DNA of 64,000 nucleotides from Thermoanaerobaculia bacterium (GCA_963664405.1 OY761158.1:1120001-1184000), one strand, 5' to 3'. Shown: positions 10,529-21,058, numbered from the stretch's first letter. The notes: generated from the letters alone by a model not told the origin. Numbers and translations: made by a program.

Positions 10529-11274
10529 GCTCGGCCTGCGTGTTCATGACGACGCGCAGCCTCTCTCTCACCGACCCTGGAACGACCCTCTACGAGAGAG
10601 TCGCCACCACCTTGAGCGACCTGCGCGACGCCGAGGCGGCCGCGTCTCACCAGCAGCGAACGCCGCAGGGCCGGCTCAAGATCAGCCTACCGGTGTCCTT
10701 CGGTAGTCGCGTGGCGGCCAAGCCTCTCCTCGAATTGGCGCAGGAGTACCCCGATCTCGATCTCGATCTCGTCTTCAGCGATCGATTCGTCGACTTGGTG
10801 GGCGAGGGCTTCGATCTCGCCGTCCGCATCGGCTCCTTGGCAGATTCGAGCATGATCGCGCGGCGACTGTGTACTACTCGCAGGATCGTGTGCGCTGCTC
10901 CCGTCTACCTCGAGGGACGCAAAGCCCCCCGCGAGCCCTCCGATCTGCTCGAGCACGAATGCCTGATCTACTCCCAACAGGTCGACGGCTCCGCTTGGCG
11001 ATTTGCCGTTGGGGTCACGGTCAACGCGCGAGGAAGGGTCCGCGCCAATTCCGGCGATGCTCTCCTCGCGTCGGCAGTGGCGGCGATGGGCGTGGCGTGG
11101 CTCCCCGACTTCTACGTCCACGACGCTCTTGCCGACGGCCGCCTCGTGCCTCTTCTCGAAGACTATGAGGCCGATCCTCTCGGGATCTGGGTCCTCTACC
11201 CCGATCGCCGCCACCCGAGCCTCAAGCTGCGCCTGGCGATCGAGGCTCTCACAGAGGCTATGGCACAAGGGTAG
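10529..11274 (+). pseudogene. LysR-family (CrgA-like) regulator lacking the N-terminal HTH
   Basis: TTRSLSLT, PQGRLKISLPVSFG and DRFVDLVGEGFDLAVRIG. The preceding QLGLR lies in a different frame and no HTH-coding region is present upstream. Confidence 0.75.
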
Positions 11275-11397
11275 ATCCCAGCGCTCAGCACGAAGCGTTC
11301 ATTGCAATGCTCGAAGGACCAAAGAGCTAAGCTCCGCCCGGTCGTAACGCAGTAGCCGCCTCGCTGCTCGGGTACGGGGTAATATCGGTCGCGACCC

Positions 11398-12903
11398 ATG
11401 GAACGCCCGATCCCTCTTACCGCCATACGGCGCACCTCGGCTTTCGCGATCTGGGGCATAGCGCTCGCGAGGCTCTTCCTCATCGAACCGGCCGCGGCGG
11501 ACTCGAAGGCTATGCCGGCGGTGATCGAGTCGGTGAGAACCTCCGATCGCGAGAGTCTCAGCGCCCTGATCGCCAAAGGAGTCGATGTCGACGAGGCCCA
11601 GGGCGACGGCGCCACCGCTCTTCAGTGGGCAGCTCACCGCAACGATCTCGCGGCTGCAACCCTCCTCGCCGAAGCCGGCGCCGCGGTCAACAAAGCCAAC
11701 GATCTCGGTGCGACGCCGCTATGGCTGGCGGCCGTCAACGGTAGCGCGCCAATGATCGAGCTGCTGCTCACGGCGGGCGCCGATCCCAACGTGTCACTCG
11801 AGATGGGAGAGACGCCGCTGATGGCGGCGGCTCGGTCGGGCAATGTAGACGCGGTTCGACTACTTGGCGATGGCGGCGCCGATCTCGATACCACCGAGCT
11901 CGAGCGCGGACAGACCGCCTTGATGTGGGCGGCCGCCCGGAAGAACGCCGCCGTGGTGAGGCACTTGATCGAGGTCGGCGCAGCACTCGGGCTTCACTCC
12001 AAGGTCTGGTACCAACTCGAGAACACGGCGGGCAATACCAACCCCTCGGCCAACTTCAAAATGGCGCACGGCGGTTCGACCGCGCTTCTCTTCGTCGCCC
12101 GCAATGGTGACGTCGACACTGCGCGAGCACTTCTCGACGCCGGCGCCGACATTGACGACACCGCGGCCTCCGGAACCAGCGCGTTGGTTGTGGCCGCACA
12201 CAGCGGCCACGTGCCCCTGGCGACCTATCTGCTCGAGCGCGGCGCCGATCCAAACGCCGCCGGTGCCGGCTACACTGCCCTTCACGCCGCGGTCCTTCGC
12301 GGCAAGGCCGATCTCGTAACCGAGCTCCTCGAGCACGGCGCCGATCCGAACGCGCCAGTTCGACACGGGACGCCTGGGCGGCGTTTCAGTGCCGACTACA
12401 GCATCCGTTCCCAGACGATCGGCGCCAACGCCTTCTGGCTGGCCGCGCAGTACGGCGAGCTCGAGATTCTTCGCTTGCTCGCCAAGGGCGGCGCCGACCC
12501 CTTCGTCACCAACGCAACCGGTGCGTCGGCACTGAAGGCGGCAATGGGCGGCAGCAGCGGAGCCGACAACCGACGCAACCGCGACGGCATCGTGAAAGAA
12601 GACGCCGGCATCGAGGAGGCGAGAACGCTCGAGATGGCCCGTTTCATCCTCGACCTCGGCATCGACGTCAACAAGGCCGACGCCGACAACAACACTCCAC
12701 TACACGACGCTGTGCGCCGACGCTTCGCTAAAGTCGTCGAGCTGCTGGCCGCCAACGGCGCCGACCTCGAAACCGCCAACGCGGCCGGTCAGACACCACT
12801 CTTCCTCGCCGAGACCCCTCAGTTGGTCCCCGGCACCAACTCGTTGAGCGCCACTCGCCCAAGGATCGCAGCAGCACTTCGGCGCCTCGGCGCCAAGACC
12901 TGA
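11398..12903 (+). CDS. exported ankyrin-repeat protein
   Basis: Repeated GxTxLxxAA...LL..GAD.N units (DGATALQWAA, GATPLWLAA, GETPLMAAA, GQTALMWAA, GYTALHAA, NTPLHDA). Hydrophobic leader. Confidence 0.92.
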   Translation: MERPIPLTAIRRTSAFAIWGIALARLFLIEPAAADSKAMPAVIESVRTSDRESLSALIAKGVDVDEAQGDGATALQWAAHRNDLAAATLLAEAGAAVNKANDLGATPLWLAAVNGSAPMIELLLTAGADPNVSLEMGETPLMAAARSGNVDAVRLLGDGGADLDTTELERGQTALMWAAARKNAAVVRHLIEVGAALGLHSKVWYQLENTAGNTNPSANFKMAHGGSTALLFVARNGDVDTARALLDAGADIDDTAASGTSALVVAAHSGHVPLATYLLERGADPNAAGAGYTALHAAVLRGKADLVTELLEHGADPNAPVRHGTPGRRFSADYSIRSQTIGANAFWLAAQYGELEILRLLAKGGADPFVTNATGASALKAAMGGSSGADNRRNRDGIVKEDAGIEEARTLEMARFILDLGIDVNKADADNNTPLHDAVRRRFAKVVELLAANGADLETANAAGQTPLFLAETPQLVPGTNSLSATRPRIAAALRRLGAKT

Positions 12904-12938
12904 GGCAGCCTTCGAGTGGCGTCGCGCAGGAGAGCTCG

Positions 12939-15212
12939 GTGAAGCACTGCCCACTGTGCGAGGCCTCCTACGAGGAAGGCGATCGCTGCCCGGTCGACGG
13001 AGCAACGCTACTTCGCGAAGCTCAGGGAGCCGACTCTCTGGTCGGCCGGATCCTCAACGACACCTACAAGATCGAGGAGGAGATCGGCGCCGGCGGCATG
13101 GGAACGGTCTATCGAGCCCTGCAAATCTCTCTCGACCGCCAGGTCGCGATCAAGGTTCTACAGTCGCAACTCTACGGGTCCTCGGAAGCGGTCAAGAGGT
13201 TCTTCCAGGAGGCGCGCACGCTCAGCGCGCTCAACCACCCCAACGTCGTCAGCGTCATTGACTTCGGCAACACCGAAGATGGGCTGATGTTCATCGTCAT
13301 GGAGCTGGTGCGCGGACGCCCGCTCGACGACTTCATTGTCGACTCCGGCAAGCTCGATGTCGGCGATGCTCTCGACCTGATGAGACAGGTCTGCGCCGGG
13401 GTCGGAGCGGCCCACCGCTCCGGTCTCGTCCATCGAGATCTCAAGCCCTCGAACCTTCTGGTCGCCGAAGCGGACGAAGGGGGCATCGGAACCGTCAAGG
13501 TCGTCGACTTCGGCATCGCCAAGGTGGTGGATGACGATCAGACCCAGCTCACTGGGACCGGCATGCTGATGGGCAGCCCGGGGTTCATCTCACCCGAGCA
13601 GATCGCGGGCGATAGCGAGGCCGACGCTCGATCCGACGTTTACGCTCTCGGCGCCATCCTCTACTTCATGCTGACCGGCTACCGCCCCTACGCCGGCACC
13701 ACCCCACCGGCGATCCTGGCCAAGCAACTGTCCACGCCGCCGGATCCGGACCGTGAGCCTCTGCGCAAATGGCCGGCGCTCGCCGACGTCGTACTGAAAT
13801 CGATGAACCGACAGCCCGGAGAGCGATATCAGAGCCCCGCGGAGCTTCTCGAGAGCCTGGAGGACGTCGTTGCGTCATCCAAGCACGAAACGCGTCCTAG
13901 AGTCCCGACTCTGCCACTCCCCACCGAAGTGCCAAGCTCGTCAGGCAGCCGAAGGTGGATCGGCACGCTGGCCGTTGTCAGCGTCCTCATCGTCATAATC
14001 GTTGCCTTCGGTTGGATCCAGATGCGGTCGCCCCAGGCAGCCCAGGAAGAGACCGCCGCAGAGCAAGACGGAGCGGCGAATGCCGGCTCCACCGCCCGCG
14101 GCGTGGCCACCGACCGCATTACGATAGGCATGAGCGCGGCCTTCTCGGGACCGTCCCGAGAACTGGGCCGCGCGATGCAGATCGGCATCCAGACTCGGAT
14201 CAAGGAGAGTAACGACAGCGGCGGTATCCACGGCAGAGAGGTCGAGCTCGTAGCTCTCGACGACGGCTACGAACCGAGCCGAGCGGTCGAGAATACGCTG
14301 GAGCTGCTCAACGAGCGGCAGGTTTTCGCGGTCGTCGGCAATGTGGGCACGCCCACCGCTGAGGTCACGGCGCCGCTGGTGGTCAACGACGGGACCCTCT
14401 TCTTCGGCGCCTTCACCGGTGCGGCGCTACTGCGGCAAGACCCTCCCAACAAATCGATCTTCAACTACCGGGCCAGTTACGCCGAGGAGGCCCGCGCCAT
14501 CGTCGCGTATTTTACCCAGATCAGGGGAGTCGAACCGAGCCGGATCGCGGTCTTTGCCCAGCAGGACGCCTTCGGCGACGCCGGCTACGATGGTGTCGTA
14601 AAGAGTCTTCACGCGGCAGGCCATGAGGGTTCTGTCCTTCGGGTCGGGTACCGGAGAAATTCACTCGAGCTCGCAGGAGCGGCAGAAGAGCTCCTGGCCG
14701 CCTCACCTGTGGTCGAAGCCGTGGTCCTGGTCGCTACCTATCGCGCCGCAGCGCGATTCATTGCTCTGGTGCGCGACGCTAGGCCGCAGATCCGACTCGC
14801 GAATCTGTCTTTCGTCGGCGGAGATGCCCTTGCCGAGGAGCTCAGAGAGCTGTGGCCCGGCTACCTCGAGGGTGTCATCGTGGCTCAGGTCGTGCCACCT
14901 CCCTGGTCAGACGAGCCGGGTGTCGTCCACTACCGCGAAAGCCTCGAGAAGTATTACCCCGCGGAGCGACCGAGCTTCGTATCCCTCGAGGGATACATCG
15001 TGGCAGCGATCTTCGAGCAGGGGCTGCGCCGGGCGGGTCCTCGGCTGACGACAAATACGCTCACCTCGGCGCTGGAGTCCATCGACAGCCTCGACCTCGG
15101 CTTCGGCGCCCCAATCTCCTTCGGCCCCGGTCGTCATCAGGCCGTGGATCGGGTGTGGGGAACAGTTCTGGACGCGGCGGGCAACTACAGCGGTCTCGAT
15201 CTGACGCCTTAG
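12939..15212 (+). CDS. Ser/Thr protein kinase fused via a TM helix to a LivJ/PBP1-type periplasmic ligand-binding domain
   Basis: N-terminal CPLC..CP.DG ribbon; GAGGMGTVY, VAIK, HRDLKPSN, DFG, SPE; TM WIGTLAVVSVLIVIIVAFGW; then IGMSAAFSGP, GGIHGR.VEL.ALDDGYEP, GNVGTPT and NYRASY. Confidence 0.9.
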   Translation: MKHCPLCEASYEEGDRCPVDGATLLREAQGADSLVGRILNDTYKIEEEIGAGGMGTVYRALQISLDRQVAIKVLQSQLYGSSEAVKRFFQEARTLSALNHPNVVSVIDFGNTEDGLMFIVMELVRGRPLDDFIVDSGKLDVGDALDLMRQVCAGVGAAHRSGLVHRDLKPSNLLVAEADEGGIGTVKVVDFGIAKVVDDDQTQLTGTGMLMGSPGFISPEQIAGDSEADARSDVYALGAILYFMLTGYRPYAGTTPPAILAKQLSTPPDPDREPLRKWPALADVVLKSMNRQPGERYQSPAELLESLEDVVASSKHETRPRVPTLPLPTEVPSSSGSRRWIGTLAVVSVLIVIIVAFGWIQMRSPQAAQEETAAEQDGAANAGSTARGVATDRITIGMSAAFSGPSRELGRAMQIGIQTRIKESNDSGGIHGREVELVALDDGYEPSRAVENTLELLNERQVFAVVGNVGTPTAEVTAPLVVNDGTLFFGAFTGAALLRQDPPNKSIFNYRASYAEEARAIVAYFTQIRGVEPSRIAVFAQQDAFGDAGYDGVVKSLHAAGHEGSVLRVGYRRNSLELAGAAEELLAASPVVEAVVLVATYRAAARFIALVRDARPQIRLANLSFVGGDALAEELRELWPGYLEGVIVAQVVPPPWSDEPGVVHYRESLEKYYPAERPSFVSLEGYIVAAIFEQGLRRAGPRLTTNTLTSALESIDSLDLGFGAPISFGPGRHQAVDRVWGTVLDAAGNYSGLDLTP

Positions 15213-15225
15213 AAGCTCGCGATCG

Positions 15226-17141
15226 CTACCGCCTAACGCCGTCAGCCCTGACAAACTCGCCACTGCCCGCCAGAGGTGCAGATCCATAGCGCGATGGCTG
15301 CCAGTGCAGGGGAGTCAGATTGAAGCGGGCGAGAGAATGGCTGCCATCGGCCTGGCCCTCGTCGTGGTCATTGACGGAGAGTTGCAGCCGGAAAGCTGTC
15401 CATGGCTTGCCCTGGCGCTCGTCGAGCACGTCACCCGGTATTGCGATCTCCATGGAGTAGCCGCGCTCGGTGCGCACCGATGCGTCGAAATTGCGACTGC
15501 GGGTCTTCTCGAGAAAAGCGAGATTCTTGGTCGGCAATGCGGGTACCAGGGTCACCATTGCAATCGCACTCTTCACCATCCGACCGCTCTTGACGGCCTG
15601 AGAGGTCGTCTCGTTGAGACCGCGCTCCTCCTGCGTACCGGCATCGACTTCGACGGCGACGAAATCCTGCTGCTGCGTACCACGCTCGGACGATGAAAAG
15701 ACCGAGTCATCCCTTACGTCCACCGCAATATAGAGAAACTCTTCATCGTAGCTGAGCCCGAATCGATACGAGAGGTCTTCCGGCTCCAAGACGGGCCACG
15801 TCGGGTCACCCTGTGCGTTGACGGAGTAGGGCAGCTCCCCCCATTCGCCCAGGGCGCCATCCAATTGGACAGCGGTTGTCGCCCGCGAAACCTGGAATCT
15901 CTTTTGCGGAACAACAGGGACAGCGATGTCCTTGGCAACCGGATTCCCATTGACGGTCGTCGCCAGCGTCCACCTCGACATCCCGGCAGCAATCGAGGAG
16001 TTGAAGGAAAGGGGCGAGTCGGCCTCGAGAGCGATTTCCAAGCGCACACTCTTGCCCGGGTCGACGCTCATGGAATCCGTCGCTCCGCGCACCTCGAATC
16101 TCGGTGCATCGTCAAAGGACGGAGTCGCTACGAGCACTGCGTCGCCTGGATTGGCAATCTCCAGGGTCACGCGACCCCGGGTGAAGCTGTCGCCTCGCTC
16201 ATAGCTGGCAACCACAGTCACAGCGCTGTCGAGCTGAGCCACCGTGGCGAGACTCTCGGGAGTCGCGACCTCCTCACTGAGGATGCCACTGAGCAGCAGG
16301 TTGGCGATGCGAGGGCCTTCGTCGGTCATGCTCACCCAGGCGACGTGGTCGAACTCGCCATAGGCCGGTCCGCGGAGCGCGCTGCCGCCACCGGTGGTCG
16401 CCAGTGTGATGTAGCGCCGATCACGGCGAATGTGACGGGTGTAGCGGTGGAAGTGCCCGGCGAACACAGTGTAGTCGCGCGCTCCGAGCAACTCCTCCAC
16501 TCGCAGCCAGTCCTCGTCGATCGTAGGCAGATCCCAAAGAGGCTGATGGACCAGAACGATCGTCCAGCGCGGATCGGAGTTTTTCGCCAGCACCTTTTCG
16601 ACGAAAGCCATCTGCTCGGCCTGCGTCCACGGTCCCGGTACCGGCGTATCCTCCCTACCGACCATGCCGAAGAGCTCCGAGTTGAGCACCAGAAAGAGCA
16701 CGTCCTTGTAGAGGAAGTAGTAGTACGACGGGCCAAAGCGGTCCTGCCAGGTCCGGGCCATGACTGCGTTGTTCATGTCGTGGTTTCCGACCGCGTAGAA
16801 GAATGGCGTCTCCAACTCGGAGACGAAGCCCTCGATCTCGTCCCACTCTTTGTCGAGTTGCGCCTGATCTTCGGTATAGCCCTCGATGAGGTCGCCGACG
16901 CTGGTCACGAACGCGGGCTCGAGCAGGTTCACCCGCGGCATCGCGGAGGGAAAAACGCCTTCACGATGCCCCCCGGTGCGATCGGTCACGACCACGAAGT
17001 GGAAATCTTCAGGAGCATCGTTGACCGCGAGCGAGGTCCACGGCGTTGCGGCTCCCGCGTGCCAACGATGATGGGCTCCTCGCGCAGCTCGGAGCATCCG
17101 GCCAACAAGGCCGCCACCACGCAGGGGATAGTCGACCTCAT
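15226..17141 (-). CDS. calcineurin-like metallophosphoesterase lipoprotein with C-terminal CBM9/DOMON-like domain; frameshifted near 17060
   Basis: D.TGG, VGDL, VGNHD, HQPLW and FAGHFH motifs; LDG.L.EW..YD...LYIAV.V.D C-terminal domain. The signal peptide MRSTIPCVVAALLAGC (ATG 17141) is in a different frame from the body. Confidence 0.8.
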
Positions 17142-19525
17142 CAAGTCGCAAGCACCACCAGCAGAACAATCAGCAGCAAGAGAAGGAGAACGGCGGCGAA
17201 CCCGACCAGCACCGGCTTCGGTCCCTTCGCACCCGGCGCGCGCAATTCGTCGATCTCCACACCGAGCTGGCGCAGACGCGCCTGGTCGCCGTATCTCGAA
17301 AGCGCTAGCGACAGCTTCTTCTCCGCCCACCACAGCCACAATCCGCCGCGCTGGGCCAGGCCCTCGATGGTGACAGAAACCGCTTCCACCGCTTTGGCCT
17401 CTTTCTCTCGAAGTCGCCTTTGCTCGAGCTCGGTGGCCAACGCTGCGACCCTGTCGGCCAGTTCGGTGATCTCTGGGAAATCACCGAAATCTCCTCTCAG
17501 AACGGCAACGAGCTCTGAGGCACCCTCGACATCTTCCTCGAGCAGGCGATCCTCGAGCCGCGGCCGAACCTCTTCCACAGCTTTCTGCCGCTTCCTCGAA
17601 TCGAGCTCGGCTTGAAGCTCGCCGAGCAGGGCCCGAAGATGGCGGTCTTCCGGATCCAGCTCTACCGCCTCCTCGAGGCGGGCGACGGAGGCTTCGAGAT
17701 TCGAGGGATCGGGAAGCGCTTGGATGTTCGACACCGTGTTCCTACCACCCTTGAGCGCCAGATGTTGTGCATCCGTCACCATATGGACGATCCGCTTCCG
17801 CCTTAGTTCCTCCTCGAGAAGACGCTGCAGTTCCTCGATTCTTGACTCGAGATCCTCGAAGGCGGCGGCAGTGCCCAGCTCGTCGCGAGCGGCTCCAAGG
17901 GCTACTCGCGCATCGTCGGGCCGTCTCTCCGCGATCAGGGCGTCGACCTCTACCGCCGCGGCTTCGATCGCGCGCTCCCGCTCCAACTCCTCTCTCAGGG
18001 CGCGCTCTGCCAACAATTCTCTCAGGCTGGCGATCTCGGCGTCGAGGGCGTCGAATCTGGCATCGTCTCCGAGCATCTCCCTGGCGGCGAGCAAGCTCGG
18101 TTCTGCTTCGTCGAGCCGCTCTAGCTGGACCGCCTGTCGTACCTCTGTGAGGGCTTCGGCGATTGCTACCTCGCGTCTTTCGACCTCGATCTCTCTCCTC
18201 AGGTCGAGGAGCTTGGCCTCGAGCTCGACGAACCGGGCAGCATCTCCCAGATCGACTCGCGCTCCGTCGAGTCTGGCTGAAGCCTCCTCGAGATTTCCGC
18301 GGCTGAGATCCTCCTCAACCGATATCGCCCGTTGGGCAATCTCTTCCTCGCGCTGCTTCTCCTTCTCGTCTTCTTCGCTCGGCATCGCCGCCACGCTGTC
18401 ACCGATGTCTCCAGAGGCCGGCTCTCCATTGATCGCTTCGGACCCCGGCACCGATAAGCCTGGGGCGGATCTCCTGCCGGCCGGGAAAACTTCCCCAAGG
18501 GCAGCGCCGGCCGTAGAGCCCCTGCCTGAGCTGATGTCGTCCAGTCGAACCCCGGTGAGCGTCTGGCCCATAGTCTGTTCAAGGGCTGGGGCGAGCGTCT
18601 GACTACGGGGCTCCGGTAGCAGACTCAGAAACTCCTCTGCCGAGCTCATTCGATCCTCAGCGTTCTTCTCGAGGGCGCGCATCACACAGGCGCGAACATC
18701 GTCAGGAACCCGATGGTCGGGATCGGATGTGTCAAAAGGGATCGGTGGCTGGTTGATATGCGCTTTGGCGATCGCGACGAAAGTGTTGCCCGTCAGCGGG
18801 AACTGGCCAGTCAGCAGCTCGTAAAGCAGCACTCCGAAAGAATAGAGGTCGCTGCGTCGATCTATCCCATGAGGGTTCTGGAACATCTCAGGCGACGCGT
18901 AGCGCACTTTGCCGATGAAGTCGTTGCCAATGGCGAAGGTCTCGCCCCCCAGTTCCTTGACGATCCCCAGGTCGATCAGCTTTACCAGGGGCTCCTTCGT
19001 GTGATCCTGGGTGAGCATCAAGTTGTCCGCCGAGATGTCTCGATGCACGTACTGGTGCTCATGCAGATACTGAGCGGCGCGTAGACCCTGACGGGCGATC
19101 TCCAACACCAGGTCGACGCTGGGCACACCTTCGGCTTCGAGCATTTGCCGCAGGTTGAGGCCGTCGATGAACTCCTGGATGATAAAGCTGTTGCCGGTGC
19201 TTTCGTCGACCTCGAAGTCGTAGAGCTGGGCGATGTTCGGGTGGCGAAGGCGGACCGCTGCCCTGGCTTCGCGCCGAAACCTGCGCTGGAGAGTGCTCTT
19301 ATCTTCGAATTTCGGGAGGATGACCTTGACCACGCGAAGCTCGTCGAGGAAGCGATGGCGGACCTTGTAGATGGCCCCCATTCCGCCCTCGTGAATCTTC
19401 GCGAGGACTTCGTATTTTCCCTCGATTACGGAGAGAGGAAGAGCCACATTTCCTCCCCGAGAAGAGAGCGAACGCACAACATCTTCAGCACGAGAATGTC
19501 GCCTCGAGATCTTCGGAAAGTTCAA
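17141..19525 (-). CDS. Ser/Thr protein kinase with long helical/coiled-coil region and C-terminal membrane anchor
   Basis: EGGMGAIY, VVK, HRDISADN, DLG, YASPE and DLYSFG; E/R/A/L-rich repeats; terminal hydrophobic helix. Start uncertain. Confidence 0.88.
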   Translation of the reverse strand: MNFPKISRRHSRAEDVVRSLSSRGGNVALPLSVIEGKYEVLAKIHEGGMGAIYKVRHRFLDELRVVKVILPKFEDKSTLQRRFRREARAAVRLRHPNIAQLYDFEVDESTGNSFIIQEFIDGLNLRQMLEAEGVPSVDLVLEIARQGLRAAQYLHEHQYVHRDISADNLMLTQDHTKEPLVKLIDLGIVKELGGETFAIGNDFIGKVRYASPEMFQNPHGIDRRSDLYSFGVLLYELLTGQFPLTGNTFVAIAKAHINQPPIPFDTSDPDHRVPDDVRACVMRALEKNAEDRMSSAEEFLSLLPEPRSQTLAPALEQTMGQTLTGVRLDDISSGRGSTAGAALGEVFPAGRRSAPGLSVPGSEAINGEPASGDIGDSVAAMPSEEDEKEKQREEEIAQRAISVEEDLSRGNLEEASARLDGARVDLGDAARFVELEAKLLDLRREIEVERREVAIAEALTEVRQAVQLERLDEAEPSLLAAREMLGDDARFDALDAEIASLRELLAERALREELERERAIEAAAVEVDALIAERRPDDARVALGAARDELGTAAAFEDLESRIEELQRLLEEELRRKRIVHMVTDAQHLALKGGRNTVSNIQALPDPSNLEASVARLEEAVELDPEDRHLRALLGELQAELDSRKRQKAVEEVRPRLEDRLLEEDVEGASELVAVLRGDFGDFPEITELADRVAALATELEQRRLREKEAKAVEAVSVTIEGLAQRGGLWLWWAEKKLSLALSRYGDQARLRQLGVEIDELRAPGAKGPKPVLVGFAAVLLLLLLIVLLVVLAT

Positions 19526-19576
19526 GCGGCGAGCCTCTGAACATAGCGCACCCTAGCACCCCTACCAGCCGAGGTC

Positions 19577-21058
19577 TCACCGCCACCACCCCGCATCCTT
19601 GAAGTAATCGAGCGCTCTCGGTTCGGAAAAACGAGTCTGACAACTCCCGATGCCACCCGCGGCAACCTCCGCCCGGCACTGCTGCGGCTCGTCGAATCTC
19701 GGGTTGACCACCTCGACCAAGTAAACCCCGGCGAGCACCGTCGCGGTGTAAGGCGTAGTCGCCGGAGAGTCCAGGTCCACTTCCGTTCCGCTGGCACTGG
19801 TGATACGAGTCACCTCACCCCAAGGCAAGGAATCGATCAGGATCGTTCCGGGGATCGCTGCCACCGCGGCAGCCGCCTCCACCTTCGGCTCCACTTCGGC
19901 GGTCACCACCTCGACCTCCGAAGCGCCTTGGTCCCGCGCCAGCCACCATGCCGTCACCATCACAATGGCGAGCCCAAGGCCTCCGATCACAGCCCACCTC
20001 AGGCCGGCGAAGCCCGGCCGTTTCGCAACCGCCTCGACAGGCTTCGGCTCCTCGATTGCCGGCGGCTCTTCGACCGCCACCGGCTCTGGACTGTTCACCT
20101 CGCCGGCCGCAGAGGCCGCCGCCGCTAGCTTAAAATCTCTCAGAATCTCGGAAGACGCCATCACCAAGGTGTCGTCGGGATCCTTCTCTTCCTCAGCCTT
20201 CTGCGGATCGTCGCCGCTGGCTGTGCCCTGAGACACCCTCGACGACTCCCCCTCTACCACCAGGCTAAGCCGGTCGACGATATCCGCCACGGTCTGGCAG
20301 CGAGCTTCGCGATCCTTTTCCAGACATTCGACGACCAGCTCTTCGATCTGTTGCGGGCAGTCACTCCAAGAATCCGAGATCGGTGGCGGCGTCATCGTGA
20401 GGAGGTTGTGGAGATACTCGGCGAGGTTCCCGCCGGGAAAAGGACGTTTACCGGTCAGCACCTCGTAGGCCAAGGCCCCGAAAGCGAAGACATCGGCTCG
20501 AGGGTCCGCCCCGCGAGCCAGTATCTGCTCCGGAGCGAAGGCATCGGCCGTTTCGAGAGTCCGCCCGGTCTCGGCCAGGGGTGTCGTTTCCCGCGCCAGT
20601 TTCGCGATTCCGAAGTTGAGCACCTTGACCTGACCGTCAGCCAGAACACTGACGTTGCCGAACTTGATGTCGAGGTGGAGGACTCCCCTGGAATGAGCGT
20701 AGGCCAAGGCCGCTGCAACGCGGAGCAGGCAACGTAGTCGCTCCTCATGGGGCATCGGCGGCTGCGCTGTGATCTTCCGCTGCAGATCCTCTCCATCCAG
20801 AAGCTCCTCTACGAGGTAGGCCCCTCCCTCGCAACGGCCGAAGTCGGTGACTCGTGCGATGTTCGGATGGTCCAGCTCGCCCACGATCTCGGCTTCCTGC
20901 AGAAAACGGCGCAGGATGTCGTCGTCGTCGTTACGACAGAGCCTTATAGCGACATTGCCCCTTGTCAGCGGATCGGCCGCCAGCAAGAGGCTGGTAAAGC
21001 CGTCGTAGCCCACCTGCCGCAGGACTTCGTACTTCCCGATCTGCTTGGGGACAGGCAC
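19577..21058 (-). CDS. Ser/Thr kinase-like protein with degenerate catalytic motifs (probable pseudokinase), TM helix and PEGA-like C-terminus
   Basis: IGKYEV, RRFLQEA...L.HPNI and APEQ..D.RADVFAFG are retained, but the gene has GYDGFT, VAIR, HLDIKFGN and NFG. Confidence 0.8.
   Translation of the reverse strand: MPVPKQIGKYEVLRQVGYDGFTSLLLAADPLTRGNVAIRLCRNDDDDILRRFLQEAEIVGELDHPNIARVTDFGRCEGGAYLVEELLDGEDLQRKITAQPPMPHEERLRCLLRVAAALAYAHSRGVLHLDIKFGNVSVLADGQVKVLNFGIAKLARETTPLAETGRTLETADAFAPEQILARGADPRADVFAFGALAYEVLTGKRPFPGGNLAEYLHNLLTMTPPPISDSWSDCPQQIEELVVECLEKDREARCQTVADIVDRLSLVVEGESSRVSQGTASGDDPQKAEEEKDPDDTLVMASSEILRDFKLAAAASAAGEVNSPEPVAVEEPPAIEEPKPVEAVAKRPGFAGLRWAVIGGLGLAIVMVTAWWLARDQGASEVEVVTAEVEPKVEAAAAVAAIPGTILIDSLPWGEVTRITSASGTEVDLDSPATTPYTATVLAGVYLVEVVNPRFDEPQQCRAEVAAGGIGSCQTRFSEPRALDYFKDAGWWR

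Noticed and set aside
10753-10770. (GATCTC)3 tandem repeat
   Set aside because: Simply encodes DLDLDL in the LysR effector domain.
15865-17373. 502-aa plus-strand ORF
   Set aside because: Antisense to the metallophosphoesterase.
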